Source of the DNA: Isosphaeraceae bacterium
GTDB lineage: Bacteria; Planctomycetota; Planctomycetia; Isosphaerales; Isosphaeraceae
Direction of reading: 5' to 3'
DNA: 64,000 nucleotides
Assembly (NCBI GenBank): GCA_965201075.1
Contig: CBDAVP010000010.1
Coordinates: forward strand, 1-64,000
The translations under genes were made by a program, and so were the position numbers. Below are positions 52,820 to 63,471 of the stretch, in pieces (the stretch's first letter is position 1; the number at the start of each line of letters is the position of its first letter). Under the pieces are notes generated by a model. That model was not told the origin of the DNA and ran no database searches. It saw nothing but the letters and a program-made list of their open reading frames with translations.

Positions 52820-53199
52820 CGGTGACCCTTGATCGAGAATCCGCGGTTGCGAGGTCCATCGAACGAGGGAATCTTCCCTACAGGCAAATGCAAGGCCCCG
52901 GTCCGTGGCATGAGGACCGGATCGCGTACTCATGATCCCCCAACGACTTGGGGAAACCGACGCGGGCCATGCGTGTTGGCCAGGATCGTCAAGGGCGACG
53001 GCTCGGTGGGCATCATCGCAAAAACTCCAGGCAGACGCACGAGGCGTCCCCTTTTGCCTGACCGTCGCAACCGGACCGGGGACGGCTCCTGACCATGCTG
53101 AGGGTTGGACCGACGGCGCGGCCGGCGACGATAGGAACGGTGATCCGGACAGATTATGAGCCGCCAGGGGCCCAGGATGGGCCGAACGGAGCGATTGGC

Positions 53200-55071
53200 A
53201 TGGAGGTGAACCGGCGGACGGCGCTGGGCGTCCTCGGGGCGCTGGGGAGCGCGGCCCTGGCCTCGGCCAATCCCGAGGCAGCGAGGGCTCAGGGGACGGA
53301 AATCCTGCCGCCCTCGGAGTTTCAGCCGGGGGTCCACGGCCGGATGACCGGCGCGGCCGCGGCGGTGAAGGCGTTGTTGTGCGAGCGAGCCTCCTGCGTC
53401 TTTGGCGTTCCGGGCGCTCAGAACAATGAGTTCTGGGACGCCATGAAGACCTGGGGATTGCCGTACCTGTTGGTGACCAACGAGGCGTCGGCCAGCGTCA
53501 TGGCCGACGCGGCGGCGAGGGTCACCGGCGGCGTGGGGGTCTTCAGCGTCGTCCCCGGTCCGGGACTGACCAACGCCATGTCGGGTATCGGCGAGGCGCT
53601 GCTGGATAGCGTGCCGATCGTCGGAATCGTCACCGACGTCCTGAGAGGCCCCCAGGCCCGCGTCGGCCAGGTCCATTCCCTGCCCAACGCGGCGTTGCTG
53701 CGGCCGATCTGCAAGACGGTCATCGAGGTCCAGCACCAGGGGCAAATCCCGGGCGCCATCCACCGGGCGTTTCAGGTGGCTCGCTGTGGAGAGCCCGGCC
53801 CGACCGCCGTGGTTCTGCCCTACAACTTGCTCAACGAGGCGTGGGACTACAACGAGCCGGTCCCCCTGCCCCCGCCCCCGCCGTTCGACGAGGCGGCCTA
53901 CCGGCGGGCCCTCGCCTTGCTGTCGGATCGTTCCAAACGGGTCGGCATTTACGCGGGACTCGGCTGCGCTTCGGCGACCCCGAGCCTGGTCGCCGTGGCC
54001 GAGACCTTGCAAGCTCCGGTGGCGACGTCGGTGAGCGGCAAGGGGGCGATACCCGACGCTCATCCGCTGGCGGTTGGCTGGGGTTATGGCGCGCAGGGGA
54101 CTCGCGCCGCCGAGCGGGCGTTCAAGGAGGTCGACCTGGTTCTGGCCGTCGGGGTGAAGTACAGCGAGGTTTCGACGGCGAATTACTCGATCCCCCACCA
54201 CGAGCACGTCATCCACGTTGACGCCAACCCCAACAACCTGGGCCGCAACGTGCCGACCTGCGTGGCGGTCCACTCCGACGCGAAAGTGTTCCTCGACCGC
54301 CTGCTGGCCGACGCCCCGGCGATCCGCCGAGCCCCCTGCCCGGCCCTGGCTCGGAAGATCAAGCACGACCGCGACCTGGAGCGATGCTACAACCGGACGC
54401 CCCAGGTGACGGGCCCGGGGGTCGACCCGATGTACTTCCTCACGCAACTGCGCCAGATCCTCGGCCCCGAGGAACTGATCTTCGTCGACGTGACGGCCTC
54501 GACCCACTGGGCCGCCGAGGCGCTGGAAGTTCCGGGCCCTCGTCGGTATTTCACTCCGGCCAACAACCAGAGCATGGGCTGGGCGATTCCCGCCTCCATC
54601 GGCGCCCAGAGGGTGCGCCCCGACCGGCGGGTGGTGGCGGTCACTGGCGACGGCTGCTTCCTGATGTCGGCCCTGGAGTGCTCGACCGCCGCGAGGGCCG
54701 GGTTGCCCGTCAAATTCTTCGTCCTGGACGACGGCGGCTATCACTACATGCAGATGCTCCAGGAGCCAACCTTCCGCCGCACCACCGCCACCGAGATCGC
54801 CCGGATCGACTTCGGCGCGATGGCCGCCGGGCTGGGCCTGGGCTACAACGTGATCGCCCAGAACGCCGACGTCGCCGCGGGGCTAGGCCGAGCCCTGGCC
54901 TGCCCTGGGCCCCTGCTGACCCGCGTGATCGTTTCCTACGAGGGGCGTGAGATCCGCTGGCTCAGCGCCTTGAAGACCACCTACATCGACCACCTTTCCA
55001 CCGGTCAGAAGGTTCGGATGGGGACGCGGGTCGTGGCCCGCTCGCTGGATCGTCATCCGGTCAACGACTGA
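53200..55071 (+). CDS. Thiamine pyrophosphate-binding enzyme (acetolactate synthase-like) with Tat-like signal
   Basis: FGVPG, TNEASA, PGPGLTN, SMGWAIP, VTGDGCFLM; N-terminus MEVNRRTALGVLGALGSAALA..ARA. Confidence 0.88.
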   Translation: MEVNRRTALGVLGALGSAALASANPEAARAQGTEILPPSEFQPGVHGRMTGAAAAVKALLCERASCVFGVPGAQNNEFWDAMKTWGLPYLLVTNEASASVMADAAARVTGGVGVFSVVPGPGLTNAMSGIGEALLDSVPIVGIVTDVLRGPQARVGQVHSLPNAALLRPICKTVIEVQHQGQIPGAIHRAFQVARCGEPGPTAVVLPYNLLNEAWDYNEPVPLPPPPPFDEAAYRRALALLSDRSKRVGIYAGLGCASATPSLVAVAETLQAPVATSVSGKGAIPDAHPLAVGWGYGAQGTRAAERAFKEVDLVLAVGVKYSEVSTANYSIPHHEHVIHVDANPNNLGRNVPTCVAVHSDAKVFLDRLLADAPAIRRAPCPALARKIKHDRDLERCYNRTPQVTGPGVDPMYFLTQLRQILGPEELIFVDVTASTHWAAEALEVPGPRRYFTPANNQSMGWAIPASIGAQRVRPDRRVVAVTGDGCFLMSALECSTAARAGLPVKFFVLDDGGYHYMQMLQEPTFRRTTATEIARIDFGAMAAGLGLGYNVIAQNADVAAGLGRALACPGPLLTRVIVSYEGREIRWLSALKTTYIDHLSTGQKVRMGTRVVARSLDRHPVND

Positions 55072-55257
55072 CGGAACTGGCCGCGAGGGGTCGATCCGGT
55101 CGATACCTTGCAGCGGAGTCGTCAGGCGGGTCCCGGACGAATCCGACTGGTTGGACTTTTCGGAATCGGACCGATTGGTAAGATTCCCTCGCCGACCGGG
55201 CCCCGCCGAGGCGTCCGGGGGGGGCCGCCAAGGGACTTCAAGGACGAAGCCAGACCC

Positions 55258-56172
55258 ATGACGACCCGGACCAGCGCCGCGCCGACCACCGAATTCACGA
55301 CTCACGCGAACGGCCCCGCCGTCGCCGACGTCTTTCCGCCGCCCCGAGCCCCCAAGGCCCCATCGGTATGGCGGGAACGTCTGCGAGACGACCGCCATCA
55401 CCTGCCGAGGTACTGGCCGGTCGTCCAGAACATGGTGGTGCAGGAGCTTCGCGTTCGCTACCACCGATCCATCCTCGGGTTCTTCTGGACCCTGATCAAC
55501 CCGATTCTGATGATGCTGACCATGACGGCGGTCTTCGCGCAATTTTTCGCGAGGGGCTCCAGTCCGCTGGACTACGCCGTCTACCTGTTCGCGGGCATGC
55601 TTCCCTGGAACTTCCTTTCCGGGACGGTCAGCGAGTGCGCATTCTGCATCATTCAGAACGAGGGGCTGATCCGCAAAATCTTCCTGCCGAAGCTGATCTT
55701 CCCCCTGACGCGGTCGCTCATCAACCTGACGACGCTGGTGTTGTCGATGGGCTCGCTGTTCGTGCTGCTGATGCCCCTGGGGGCGCGGTTCCACGCCTCG
55801 TTCCTGCTCTTGCCGGTGGCGATCGTCCTGTTCGCGGCGTTCTCCTTCGGTTTGGGGCTGATCGTGGCGACGATGAACACGTTTTACCGGGATTGCGGCC
55901 ACATCATCGGCGTGGTGCTACAGGCGTGGTACTTCGTCACGCCGATCATGTGGAAGCTGGAAACGGGCGGTCCGGTCTCGGGCCGGCTGCGGCTGCTGTT
56001 CGCCCTGAACCCGGCGTATCCGTTCATCCGGATCTTCCAGGCCATCATCCACGACGGCGTTTGCCCGGACCTGTCCTTGTTCTTGGTGGCCACCGCCGTC
56101 GCGACGGCGACCCTGGGAGTTGGCTATGCCGCCTTCAAGTCCTTTGAAGACAAATTCGTCTTCCGCCTCTGA
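55258..56172 (+). CDS. wzm: Polysaccharide ABC transporter permease (Wzm-like)
   Basis: RYHRSILGFFWTLINP, GMLPWNF, YRDCGHI, YFVTPIMW, LNP; start uncertain. Confidence 0.88.
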   Translation: MTTRTSAAPTTEFTTHANGPAVADVFPPPRAPKAPSVWRERLRDDRHHLPRYWPVVQNMVVQELRVRYHRSILGFFWTLINPILMMLTMTAVFAQFFARGSSPLDYAVYLFAGMLPWNFLSGTVSECAFCIIQNEGLIRKIFLPKLIFPLTRSLINLTTLVLSMGSLFVLLMPLGARFHASFLLLPVAIVLFAAFSFGLGLIVATMNTFYRDCGHIIGVVLQAWYFVTPIMWKLETGGPVSGRLRLLFALNPAYPFIRIFQAIIHDGVCPDLSLFLVATAVATATLGVGYAAFKSFEDKFVFRL

Positions 56173-56974
56173 CGCCCGGGCCGACGCCCCGCACCAAGTC
56201 CCACCCCGCGCCGCCGAGGCCCTGGTGGAACTGGATCGGGTGTCGCTCAAGTTCGTCAGCTATTACGACAAGAACCGCTCGCTGAAGCGCGCCGCCGTTG
56301 ACCTGTTGCTCCGTCGAGAGCAGCCTACGCAGGCCTCGGAGTTCTGGGCCCTGCGCGATGTTTGCCTCCGCATGAGCAAGGGCGAACGCATCGGCATCGT
56401 CGGCCACAACGGCGCCGGCAAAAGCACTTTGCTGCGCCTCCTGGCGAGGATCTACCCCCCGACCTCCGGCTTCATGAAGGTGCGTGGCAACATTGCGCCT
56501 TTGATCGAAATGGGCGCCGGGTTCAACCTTGAGCTTTCCGGCGGCGACAACATCCTGCTCAACGGCGCGATGCTGGGTATCCCCCGCAAGGAGATGCTCG
56601 AAAAGGTCGACGGCATCTACGAGTTCACCGGCCTCCGCGAGTTCGCCGAATTGCCGCTGAAGTATTACTCCACCGGCATGCAGGCGAGGCTGGCCTTCGC
56701 GATCGCCACGGAAATCGAGCCCGACATCCTCCTGGTCGACGAGGCTCTGAGCGCCGGCGACGCCGCCTTCCTCAGCAAGGCCAAGGGGCGCGTCCACGAC
56801 CTGCTCAACCGTTCCAACCTTGTTGTCATCGTCTCCCACGACCTGGCCTCCCTGAAGGAGCTTTGCGTTCGGGGGATCTGGATGCACAAGGGTCAGGTCG
56901 CGGGCGATGGTCCGATCGACGAGATGGTCGACCGCTACCTTGCCACCACCAAGGTCGAGCCCCAGGCGGCCTGA
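56126..56974 (+). CDS. wzt: Polysaccharide ABC transporter ATP-binding subunit (Wzt-like, no C-terminal binding module)
   Basis: FWALRDV, GHNGAGKST, YSTGMQARLAF, VDEALSAGD; start uncertain. Confidence 0.88.
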   Translation: MPPSSPLKTNSSSASDARADAPHQVPPRAAEALVELDRVSLKFVSYYDKNRSLKRAAVDLLLRREQPTQASEFWALRDVCLRMSKGERIGIVGHNGAGKSTLLRLLARIYPPTSGFMKVRGNIAPLIEMGAGFNLELSGGDNILLNGAMLGIPRKEMLEKVDGIYEFTGLREFAELPLKYYSTGMQARLAFAIATEIEPDILLVDEALSAGDAAFLSKAKGRVHDLLNRSNLVVIVSHDLASLKELCVRGIWMHKGQVAGDGPIDEMVDRYLATTKVEPQAA

Positions 56975-57122
56975 GGGCGTTGAGTCGTCCGTGGTCCGTG
57001 GTCAGACCAAACCGCCTTGAGGTCGGGCCATCGCCTCGCCCGGTCCGGTTTGCGTCTTCTCCGAAAATTCGGACAACTCACGACTTTTCGACAGTCAGGA
57101 TTCCGATCCCCGAGGAGCCGGA

Positions 57123-57941
57123 ATGAACCAGGACCCTCCGGCCACTGTCTCACCGCGCCGCCGGGTGGGCGACACCGTCGCCATCGGCGGCGACTACCAG
57201 CACCGCGCCCTGACCGTCGGCCCGCCCCCCCAGCGGTTCTGGCATGACACGAAGCGTTGGCTCGTTCGCCGCTACCTGCGTCCGACGGTCCTTGACCGCG
57301 TGCTGGATGTCGGCTGCGGCTCGGGCGTGGTGGCCGACGCCCTGGCCGAATGCGCCGGCTCGGTCCTCGGAATCGACGGCAACCCCGAGGCCATCGCCTT
57401 CGCCTCCAAGCAATTTCGCCGGCCAAACCTGAGCTTCCGTCGGGGACTGGTCGACGAACTCGACCTGCCCGAAGGCGCTTTCGATGCCTGCGTCTGCATG
57501 GAATTGCTCGAGCATATCCATCTCGATCAGGGAAAGGCCTTGCTCGACAGCCTCCGCCGGCTGCTGAGACCTGGCGGCCGGCTGCTCATCACCACGCCGA
57601 ATTACCGCAGCGCCTGGCCGTTGATTGAGTGGGCCCTCGACCGATCGGGCAAGGTTCCCAAACTCGTTGGCGACCAGCACGTCACCTTCTTTACCCCGGG
57701 TCGGCTGCGAAGGCTCTGCTCGGAAAGTGGCTGGCGCTCGTTGAGCGAACACACCTGCTGCACCGTCGCCCCCTGGGCCGCCGCCGCGAGCTGGCCTTTG
57801 GCCGAGGCGATCCGCCCGGTCGAGGCGCGTCTGCCCTTCGGCACGATTCTCGCCCACCTCGTCGAGTCTCCCGGTGGCGATCGCCCCGCCGTCGCCCCTG
57901 ACCGAGCCCGACCCCGCCAACGGAAGGCCGTCCTCCCATGA
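57123..57941 (+). CDS. Class I SAM-dependent methyltransferase
   Basis: VLDVGCGSG, ELLEHI, LRPGGRLLITTPN. Confidence 0.9.
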   Translation: MNQDPPATVSPRRRVGDTVAIGGDYQHRALTVGPPPQRFWHDTKRWLVRRYLRPTVLDRVLDVGCGSGVVADALAECAGSVLGIDGNPEAIAFASKQFRRPNLSFRRGLVDELDLPEGAFDACVCMELLEHIHLDQGKALLDSLRRLLRPGGRLLITTPNYRSAWPLIEWALDRSGKVPKLVGDQHVTFFTPGRLRRLCSESGWRSLSEHTCCTVAPWAAAASWPLAEAIRPVEARLPFGTILAHLVESPGGDRPAVAPDRARPRQRKAVLP

Positions 57942-59008
57942 GGCGCGACAATCCCGACGAGTCGGTCGAGCTGAGTGTCATCGTTCCGATGTTCAACGAG
58001 GAAGGGAACGTCCGCGCCCTGACCTCGCGAATTGCCGCGGTCCTCGCCGGCCCCTGCCCGTCGTTTGAAATCCTGTTCGTCGACGACGGATCGGCCGACG
58101 CCTCGGTGGCCGAGGCTCGCGACCTGGCCGAGTTCGACCCTCGCGTCCAGGTCGTGGCCCTGGCCCGCAACTTCGGCAAGGAAGCGGCGATGCTCGCGGG
58201 CTACGACCGCGCCCGAGGCCGAGCCGCGATCGTCGTCGACGCCGACCTCCAGCAACCGCCCGAACTGTTCCTGCCGATGCTGGAACTCTGGCGGCAGGGG
58301 TTCGACGTGGTCAACGCCGTCCGCGAGCGCACCGAGGGAATCACCCCCTTGCGCAAGTTCGCCTCGACGGCGTTCTACTGGCTCAACGACCGTCTCACCG
58401 GCGTCCACATCCCCGCGCAAACCGCCGACTTTCGACTGATGGACCGCGCCGTGGTCGAGGCCGTCCGCTCCTGCCGGGAAGGCCACCGCTTCAACCGCGC
58501 CCTGGTGGCCTGGGCCGGGTTCCGCCACGCCTCGATCCGCTACGTCGCCGCCGACCGCCACGCCGGCCGCTCCCACTGGAACTGGCGACGCCTGGCCGTC
58601 TACGCGATGGACGGCATCCTCTCGTTCAGCGTCCGCCCCCTGCGACTGGTCGGCCTGGCCGGCGGCGTCCTCAGTCTTTTGAGTTTTGCCTACCTGACCT
58701 TCGTCGCCATCCTCCGCGTCGTCCGCCCCGACCTCGCCGGCGCCGAGTTTGGTTACGCCAGCATCGTGGGCATGGTCGGCCTGATCGGCGGATTTCAGCT
58801 TCTGGGGATCTGGCTGCTGGGCGAATACGTCGGGCGGATCTATGAACAGGTGAAGGACCGGCCCGCTTACCTCGTCCGCGAGCCCCGTCCCGCCGACTCC
58901 CCACCCAAGCCGCATTTCCGCCTGGGCGCGAACCCCGCCGCTCGCGAGTCGTCCCACGCCGCCCCTTCGGCCGATCAGGCCGAACGACCCCGAGGCTCCC
59001 GGAACTGA
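57938..59008 (+). CDS. GT2 glycosyltransferase (GtrB / polyprenol-phosphate type)
   Basis: PMFNEE, VDDGSAD, RNFGKEAA, DADLQQPP, two TM helices, GEYVGRIY. Confidence 0.92.
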   Translation: MRRDNPDESVELSVIVPMFNEEGNVRALTSRIAAVLAGPCPSFEILFVDDGSADASVAEARDLAEFDPRVQVVALARNFGKEAAMLAGYDRARGRAAIVVDADLQQPPELFLPMLELWRQGFDVVNAVRERTEGITPLRKFASTAFYWLNDRLTGVHIPAQTADFRLMDRAVVEAVRSCREGHRFNRALVAWAGFRHASIRYVAADRHAGRSHWNWRRLAVYAMDGILSFSVRPLRLVGLAGGVLSLLSFAYLTFVAILRVVRPDLAGAEFGYASIVGMVGLIGGFQLLGIWLLGEYVGRIYEQVKDRPAYLVREPRPADSPPKPHFRLGANPAARESSHAAPSADQAERPRGSRN

Positions 59009-59024
59009 CGAGGAGTTTCCGACC

Positions 59025-60566
59025 GTGCGCATCGGCATTGATATGTTCGGCGTTCAGTCCCCCGGAAGCCGCGACCGAGGCGTCGGGCGGTTGGGCCGGG
59101 GCCTGGTCAAGCACCTGCTCGCGGCGGAACCCTCTCATCAATACCTCCTGTACGCCCATGAAGGGTTCTCCACCGACACCTTCCCGACCGCTCCCCACGC
59201 CGAGGTCCGCACCCTCCGCCGAGACCCCGCCCGCAACGAGACGCAGCTCGCCCACGTCATGGAGCGCCTGGCGCGCGAAGACCCCGACGAACTCGACATC
59301 CTGCTGCTGCTGAACCCCTTCGAACTCGACGAGGCGTATGGTCCACCGGCCCGCCCGCTGCATGGGCCCAGGCTGGTGGCCCTGATGCACGACGTCATCC
59401 CGTTCCGCTTTCAGGAGCATTACCTCAAGCCCGAAGCCTACGGGCGACGGATGTACCGGCACCTGGAACGCCTGCGACGATACGACCTCCTGCTGGCCAA
59501 CTCCGAGGCGACCCGGCTCGACGTCCTCGACCTGCTGGGCCTTCCCGCCGACCGTGTCATCACCGTCGGCGCCGCCTGCGAGCCCGAGGGACTGACGCCC
59601 AGAACCCCAGGGCCGATCGGCGACGTCGACCGCGCCGTCCTCGAAGCCCTGGGCATCAACCGCCCGTTCGTCTTCTGCCTGGGCGGGATCGACTGCGCCG
59701 ACCGCAAAAACTGGGCGGGGCTGGTCGAGGGGTTTTCACTCCTTCCCCCGGAGTTGATCGACGCCCACCAACTGGTTCTGGCCTGCGCGATGACCGACGA
59801 CGACCGCCGCCTCGTCCACGAGCGGGCCTTCGCCCAGGGGATCGGCAACCGCCTCCTCCTGCCGGGGGCCGTCCCGGACTCGACCTTGCGGCTCCTCTAT
59901 CAGCATTGCTCGGCCTTTGCCTTTCCTTCTCGCTACGAGGGGTTCGGCCTGCCGTTGCTGGAGGCGCTGCACTGCGGAGCCCCGGTGCTTGCGGGGGCGA
60001 ATTCGTCGCAACCGGATGTCATCGGCGACTCTGGATTGCTCGTGAACGTGAACAGCACGACGGAGATCGCCTCGGGGCTCGCCCGGCTCCTGAGCGACGC
60101 CCCCCTGGCCGCCTTGCTGCGGGCGAAGGGTCCAGCCCGCGCCTCGACCTTCACTCTCTCGGGCATGGCCAAGGCCACCGCCGCCGCGCTGGCCACCCTG
60201 CCCGGCCGCGTTCCCCCGCGCAAGGGCGCGAAGCACCTGCCGTCCCACTGGCGAGACCTTGCGAGATTGAATTCGACCTCGACGTCGACCCTCGCGAACG
60301 CTCCGCCCCGCCGGCCGCTGGTGTTCCGCATTCAGGAAGCGACTCGACTCCAGCCCCTCGGCCTGGGAACGGGACACGACTCGCGGCGGGCGACCGCCTC
60401 CCGGGTTGACGTGGCCGGACCGACCGGTTTCCAGGCGAACTCTCCCACGCAAGCGGTTACGGCCGTCGCCGAACTGGACGACCCGATCGTCAGCGACACG
60501 CATGACCCGAGGCCGAGGCAACCGGCCCCTCCACGCTCAACCTCCCTGGGAGCCCTGCCGTGCTGA
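59025..60566 (+). CDS. GT4 glycosyltransferase with low-complexity tail
   Basis: SRDRGVGR, HDVIP, RKNW, FPSRYEGFGLPLLEA. Confidence 0.9.
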   Translation: MRIGIDMFGVQSPGSRDRGVGRLGRGLVKHLLAAEPSHQYLLYAHEGFSTDTFPTAPHAEVRTLRRDPARNETQLAHVMERLAREDPDELDILLLLNPFELDEAYGPPARPLHGPRLVALMHDVIPFRFQEHYLKPEAYGRRMYRHLERLRRYDLLLANSEATRLDVLDLLGLPADRVITVGAACEPEGLTPRTPGPIGDVDRAVLEALGINRPFVFCLGGIDCADRKNWAGLVEGFSLLPPELIDAHQLVLACAMTDDDRRLVHERAFAQGIGNRLLLPGAVPDSTLRLLYQHCSAFAFPSRYEGFGLPLLEALHCGAPVLAGANSSQPDVIGDSGLLVNVNSTTEIASGLARLLSDAPLAALLRAKGPARASTFTLSGMAKATAAALATLPGRVPPRKGAKHLPSHWRDLARLNSTSTSTLANAPPRRPLVFRIQEATRLQPLGLGTGHDSRRATASRVDVAGPTGFQANSPTQAVTAVAELDDPIVSDTHDPRPRQPAPPRSTSLGALPC

Positions 60567-62968
60567 TCGGGATCGACTTCCTCGGGGTCCCCCCCACCGC
60601 CGAAGCTCCAGGCGCCGCCCTCGCGCGGTCGCTCATCCTCGCCGCTGGGCAGGACACTCGGTTCGTGGTGTACGCCCGCGACGACGCCTCCGCCGACACG
60701 ATTGCCTCGCTCCCTCGCGTTCAGGTTCGTCGCCCCCAGGGACGGACATTGAGCGCCGCGGCCTCCCTGGAACAAATGGTTCAGGACAATCCGGACGGCC
60801 TCGACCTCCTGCTGGTCGCCGACCCGTCAAGCCGCCTGAAAGGTTACGCGCTGCCGCCCCGGCCCCTCCACGGCCTGCCGGTCGCGGCCCTGCTTTCTGG
60901 GCGGGTTCCCGATCCCTACCAGGTCTCGACCCACGACCCGAATCCCCTCGACCGCCTGCGACAGTATGACCTGCTGCTGGTCAACTCCGAGGCCGATGGC
61001 GACCGCCTCCGCCTCCAGGCCCGCATCGCCGTTTCAAGAATCTCGGCGATTGGGGTCGGAGTGATGTCCGACGACTCGCCGACGCCCACGTTGAGTTCCT
61101 CGCTGCGCCGGCGGCTCAACGCGTCGGGCCTTTCGGGGACCTTTCTCTATCACGCGGCCAACGAGGTTTGCCCTCGGGAAATCCGCCGGCTCATGGATGC
61201 CTATGCCCTCCTGCCCGATTCGCTCCGCCGGTCCCTCCAGTTCGTTTTGACCCTCGGCCCGGACGCCTCGGCCTCGGATTCCGCTCAGGATTACGCCCAA
61301 TCGCTGGGGCTCGATGATCGCATCGTCCTGACCGGCCCCCTGCCCTCGTTGGCGGTCCGCGCCCTGGCCGCCCGCAGCGCCCTGGCCGCCTTCGCTGCGG
61401 ATGGCACGGGCTCGATGGCCATTCCGTTGGAAACATTGGCCGGCGGAGCGCCCGTCGTCGCGGTCCGCAACCCGGGGACCGTCCGCGCCCTCGGGACGGC
61501 CGGACTCCTGGTTCCCAGCGATGAACCCGCGGCACTCGCCGCCGCCTTCGCCCGCCTGCTGACCGACCCCTTGCGATCGGCCGAACTACGCCGCAAGGCC
61601 CTGGCTCGCGTCCGCGGCGTCTCCTGGGACGAACCCGGACGTCGGGCCCTCGACGCTCTGGCCGCCGTCGCCCGCCGGCCGTCTCGGCTGACCCGGGGCC
61701 GACCCGACCGGCCGAGGCTGGCGGTCTTTTCCCCCTTCGGGCCCAAGAAGTCCGGTATCGCCACCTACACCACCCGCCTGATCCGCCACCTGGCCTCGAC
61801 CTACACCATCGACCTGTTCCATGACGCCGGCTACACCCCCGACCCGGCCCTGGCCTCGAAAGAATTCGCCGCCCACGACTACCGACTGTTCGACCGACTC
61901 GCCCCGGTGCTGGGCTATCGCGGCATCCTCTACCAGATGGGCAACTCCGGCTATCACCGCTACCTCCTCGAGGTCATGAAGCGCCACCCCGGCGTCACGA
62001 CCCTGCACGACTTCTGCCTGGCTGGTTACCAGTGGTGGGACGCCCACGACCGGGGTTCGGGGGTGGCCGAGGTCCGCGAGTTGTTCGCCAACGAGGTCCG
62101 CCACTCCCACCCCGCCCGCGCCGAGCGTTACCTGGCCCTGCTGCCCGACTGGGATCGCGAGCCCGGCGGAGTCCAGGTGGCCTACGCCAAGCGCGGGCTC
62201 CCCCTGAACCGGCGGGTGTTCGAGGCGTCCCAAAGAGTGATCGTCCACTCCCCCTGGTGTGTTGACCAGGCCCGCCGGCTTTACCCCGACCTCGTCCACC
62301 GAGCCGTCCGCGTCCCCCTCGGTTCGGCCCTCGCCCGCCGCGACCCCAGCCGCGTCGCCGCCACTCGCGCCCGTTTCGGCATCCCCCAAGACGCCCTGGT
62401 CCTGGCCAGCTTCGGGTTCCTGACCAAGGACAAGATGAACAACGAGTCGGTCGTCGCCTTCGCCAACCTCGCCCGAGATGAGCCCAGCGCCTTGCTCGTC
62501 TTCGTCGGGCAAGACCTGGAAGGGGGCGAGGCCCGCCAGTTGGCGGAGTCCCTGGGCGTGGCCAACCGCGTCCGGTTCCTCGGCCATCGGCCCGACGGCG
62601 ACTTTGACGACCTGGTCGCCGCCACCGACCTCGGCCTGGCCCTGCGACGCCCCCCAACTTACGGCGAAACCTCCGCGGCGTTGCTGGACCTGCTGCGGAC
62701 CGGAATCCCGACCATCGTGACCGACACCGGCACCTTCGCCGACTACCCCGACGGGGTCGTCCGCAAGGTCCGCTGGCAAGCCGAGGGGCTCGCCGGACTG
62801 GTCGGGGCGGTCCGCGACCTGGCCCTCGACCCCTCGGCCCGTGAAGCCCTGGGTCGCGCGGCTCAAGATTACGTGGCCGTCGAGCATTCCTGGGAGCGGG
62901 CGGCGTCGGAATACGTGGCCGTCATCGAGTCGGCCTTCGCCGAACGTCGCCGCGTCTTGGCTGCCTGA
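60560..62968 (+). CDS. Two-domain GT4 glycosyltransferase (first domain degenerate)
   Basis: N-half paralogous to the upstream gene; C-half RLAVFSPFGPKKSGIATY, YQMGNS, LHDF, LRRPPTYGETSAAL. Confidence 0.88.
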   Translation: MLIGIDFLGVPPTAEAPGAALARSLILAAGQDTRFVVYARDDASADTIASLPRVQVRRPQGRTLSAAASLEQMVQDNPDGLDLLLVADPSSRLKGYALPPRPLHGLPVAALLSGRVPDPYQVSTHDPNPLDRLRQYDLLLVNSEADGDRLRLQARIAVSRISAIGVGVMSDDSPTPTLSSSLRRRLNASGLSGTFLYHAANEVCPREIRRLMDAYALLPDSLRRSLQFVLTLGPDASASDSAQDYAQSLGLDDRIVLTGPLPSLAVRALAARSALAAFAADGTGSMAIPLETLAGGAPVVAVRNPGTVRALGTAGLLVPSDEPAALAAAFARLLTDPLRSAELRRKALARVRGVSWDEPGRRALDALAAVARRPSRLTRGRPDRPRLAVFSPFGPKKSGIATYTTRLIRHLASTYTIDLFHDAGYTPDPALASKEFAAHDYRLFDRLAPVLGYRGILYQMGNSGYHRYLLEVMKRHPGVTTLHDFCLAGYQWWDAHDRGSGVAEVRELFANEVRHSHPARAERYLALLPDWDREPGGVQVAYAKRGLPLNRRVFEASQRVIVHSPWCVDQARRLYPDLVHRAVRVPLGSALARRDPSRVAATRARFGIPQDALVLASFGFLTKDKMNNESVVAFANLARDEPSALLVFVGQDLEGGEARQLAESLGVANRVRFLGHRPDGDFDDLVAATDLGLALRRPPTYGETSAALLDLLRTGIPTIVTDTGTFADYPDGVVRKVRWQAEGLAGLVGAVRDLALDPSAREALGRAAQDYVAVEHSWERAASEYVAVIESAFAERRRVLAA

Positions 62969-63008
62969 TCGGGTCTCCACTTTCCACCACCGCCTTCGAG
63001 GTTTTCTG

Positions 63009-63401
63009 ATGAAACGGTTCGTCAAAGCCATCCTGCGAGCCGCCTGGAGAGCCACCGGCCCGATCCGCCGCCCATTGCTCCGCAAGGCCCACGCCCTGAT
63101 GGTCCAGGCCAGCGCCGAGGCCCTCGCCCGGTCCCCCCTGGCCGCTGAGATCCGCACCGACGCCGCCGCCTCTCGCGACCAGTTTCTCCCCCCCATCCAC
63201 CGCCACATCGAACAGGCCGCCGAGACCGCCCGCTCGACCTCGGCCGACCTCGACCTGGTCCTCAACGGCATGATTCGCGAGGTCGCCCGGCTCCAGATGC
63301 AGGTGGAAGCCCTCCAGGAGACCATCGAAGCAACCTCTCGCCCACTGGGTGAGGATGCTCGAGCGAATGCCGGCGTCCGGGCTCGAAAATTCGCCGGATA
63401 G
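63009..63401 (+). CDS. Hypothetical coiled-coil protein ending the polysaccharide cluster
   Basis: MKRFVKAILRAAWRAT..; DLVLNGMIREVARLQMQVEAL heptads. Confidence 0.7.
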   Translation: MKRFVKAILRAAWRATGPIRRPLLRKAHALMVQASAEALARSPLAAEIRTDAAASRDQFLPPIHRHIEQAAETARSTSADLDLVLNGMIREVARLQMQVEALQETIEATSRPLGEDARANAGVRARKFAG

Positions 63402-63471
63402 AACGTACTCGCCTGCGTAATGGTGACGTAGGCGAAAAGTTTACGCAAAATTCCCGCGTGTTCGGTCGGTC

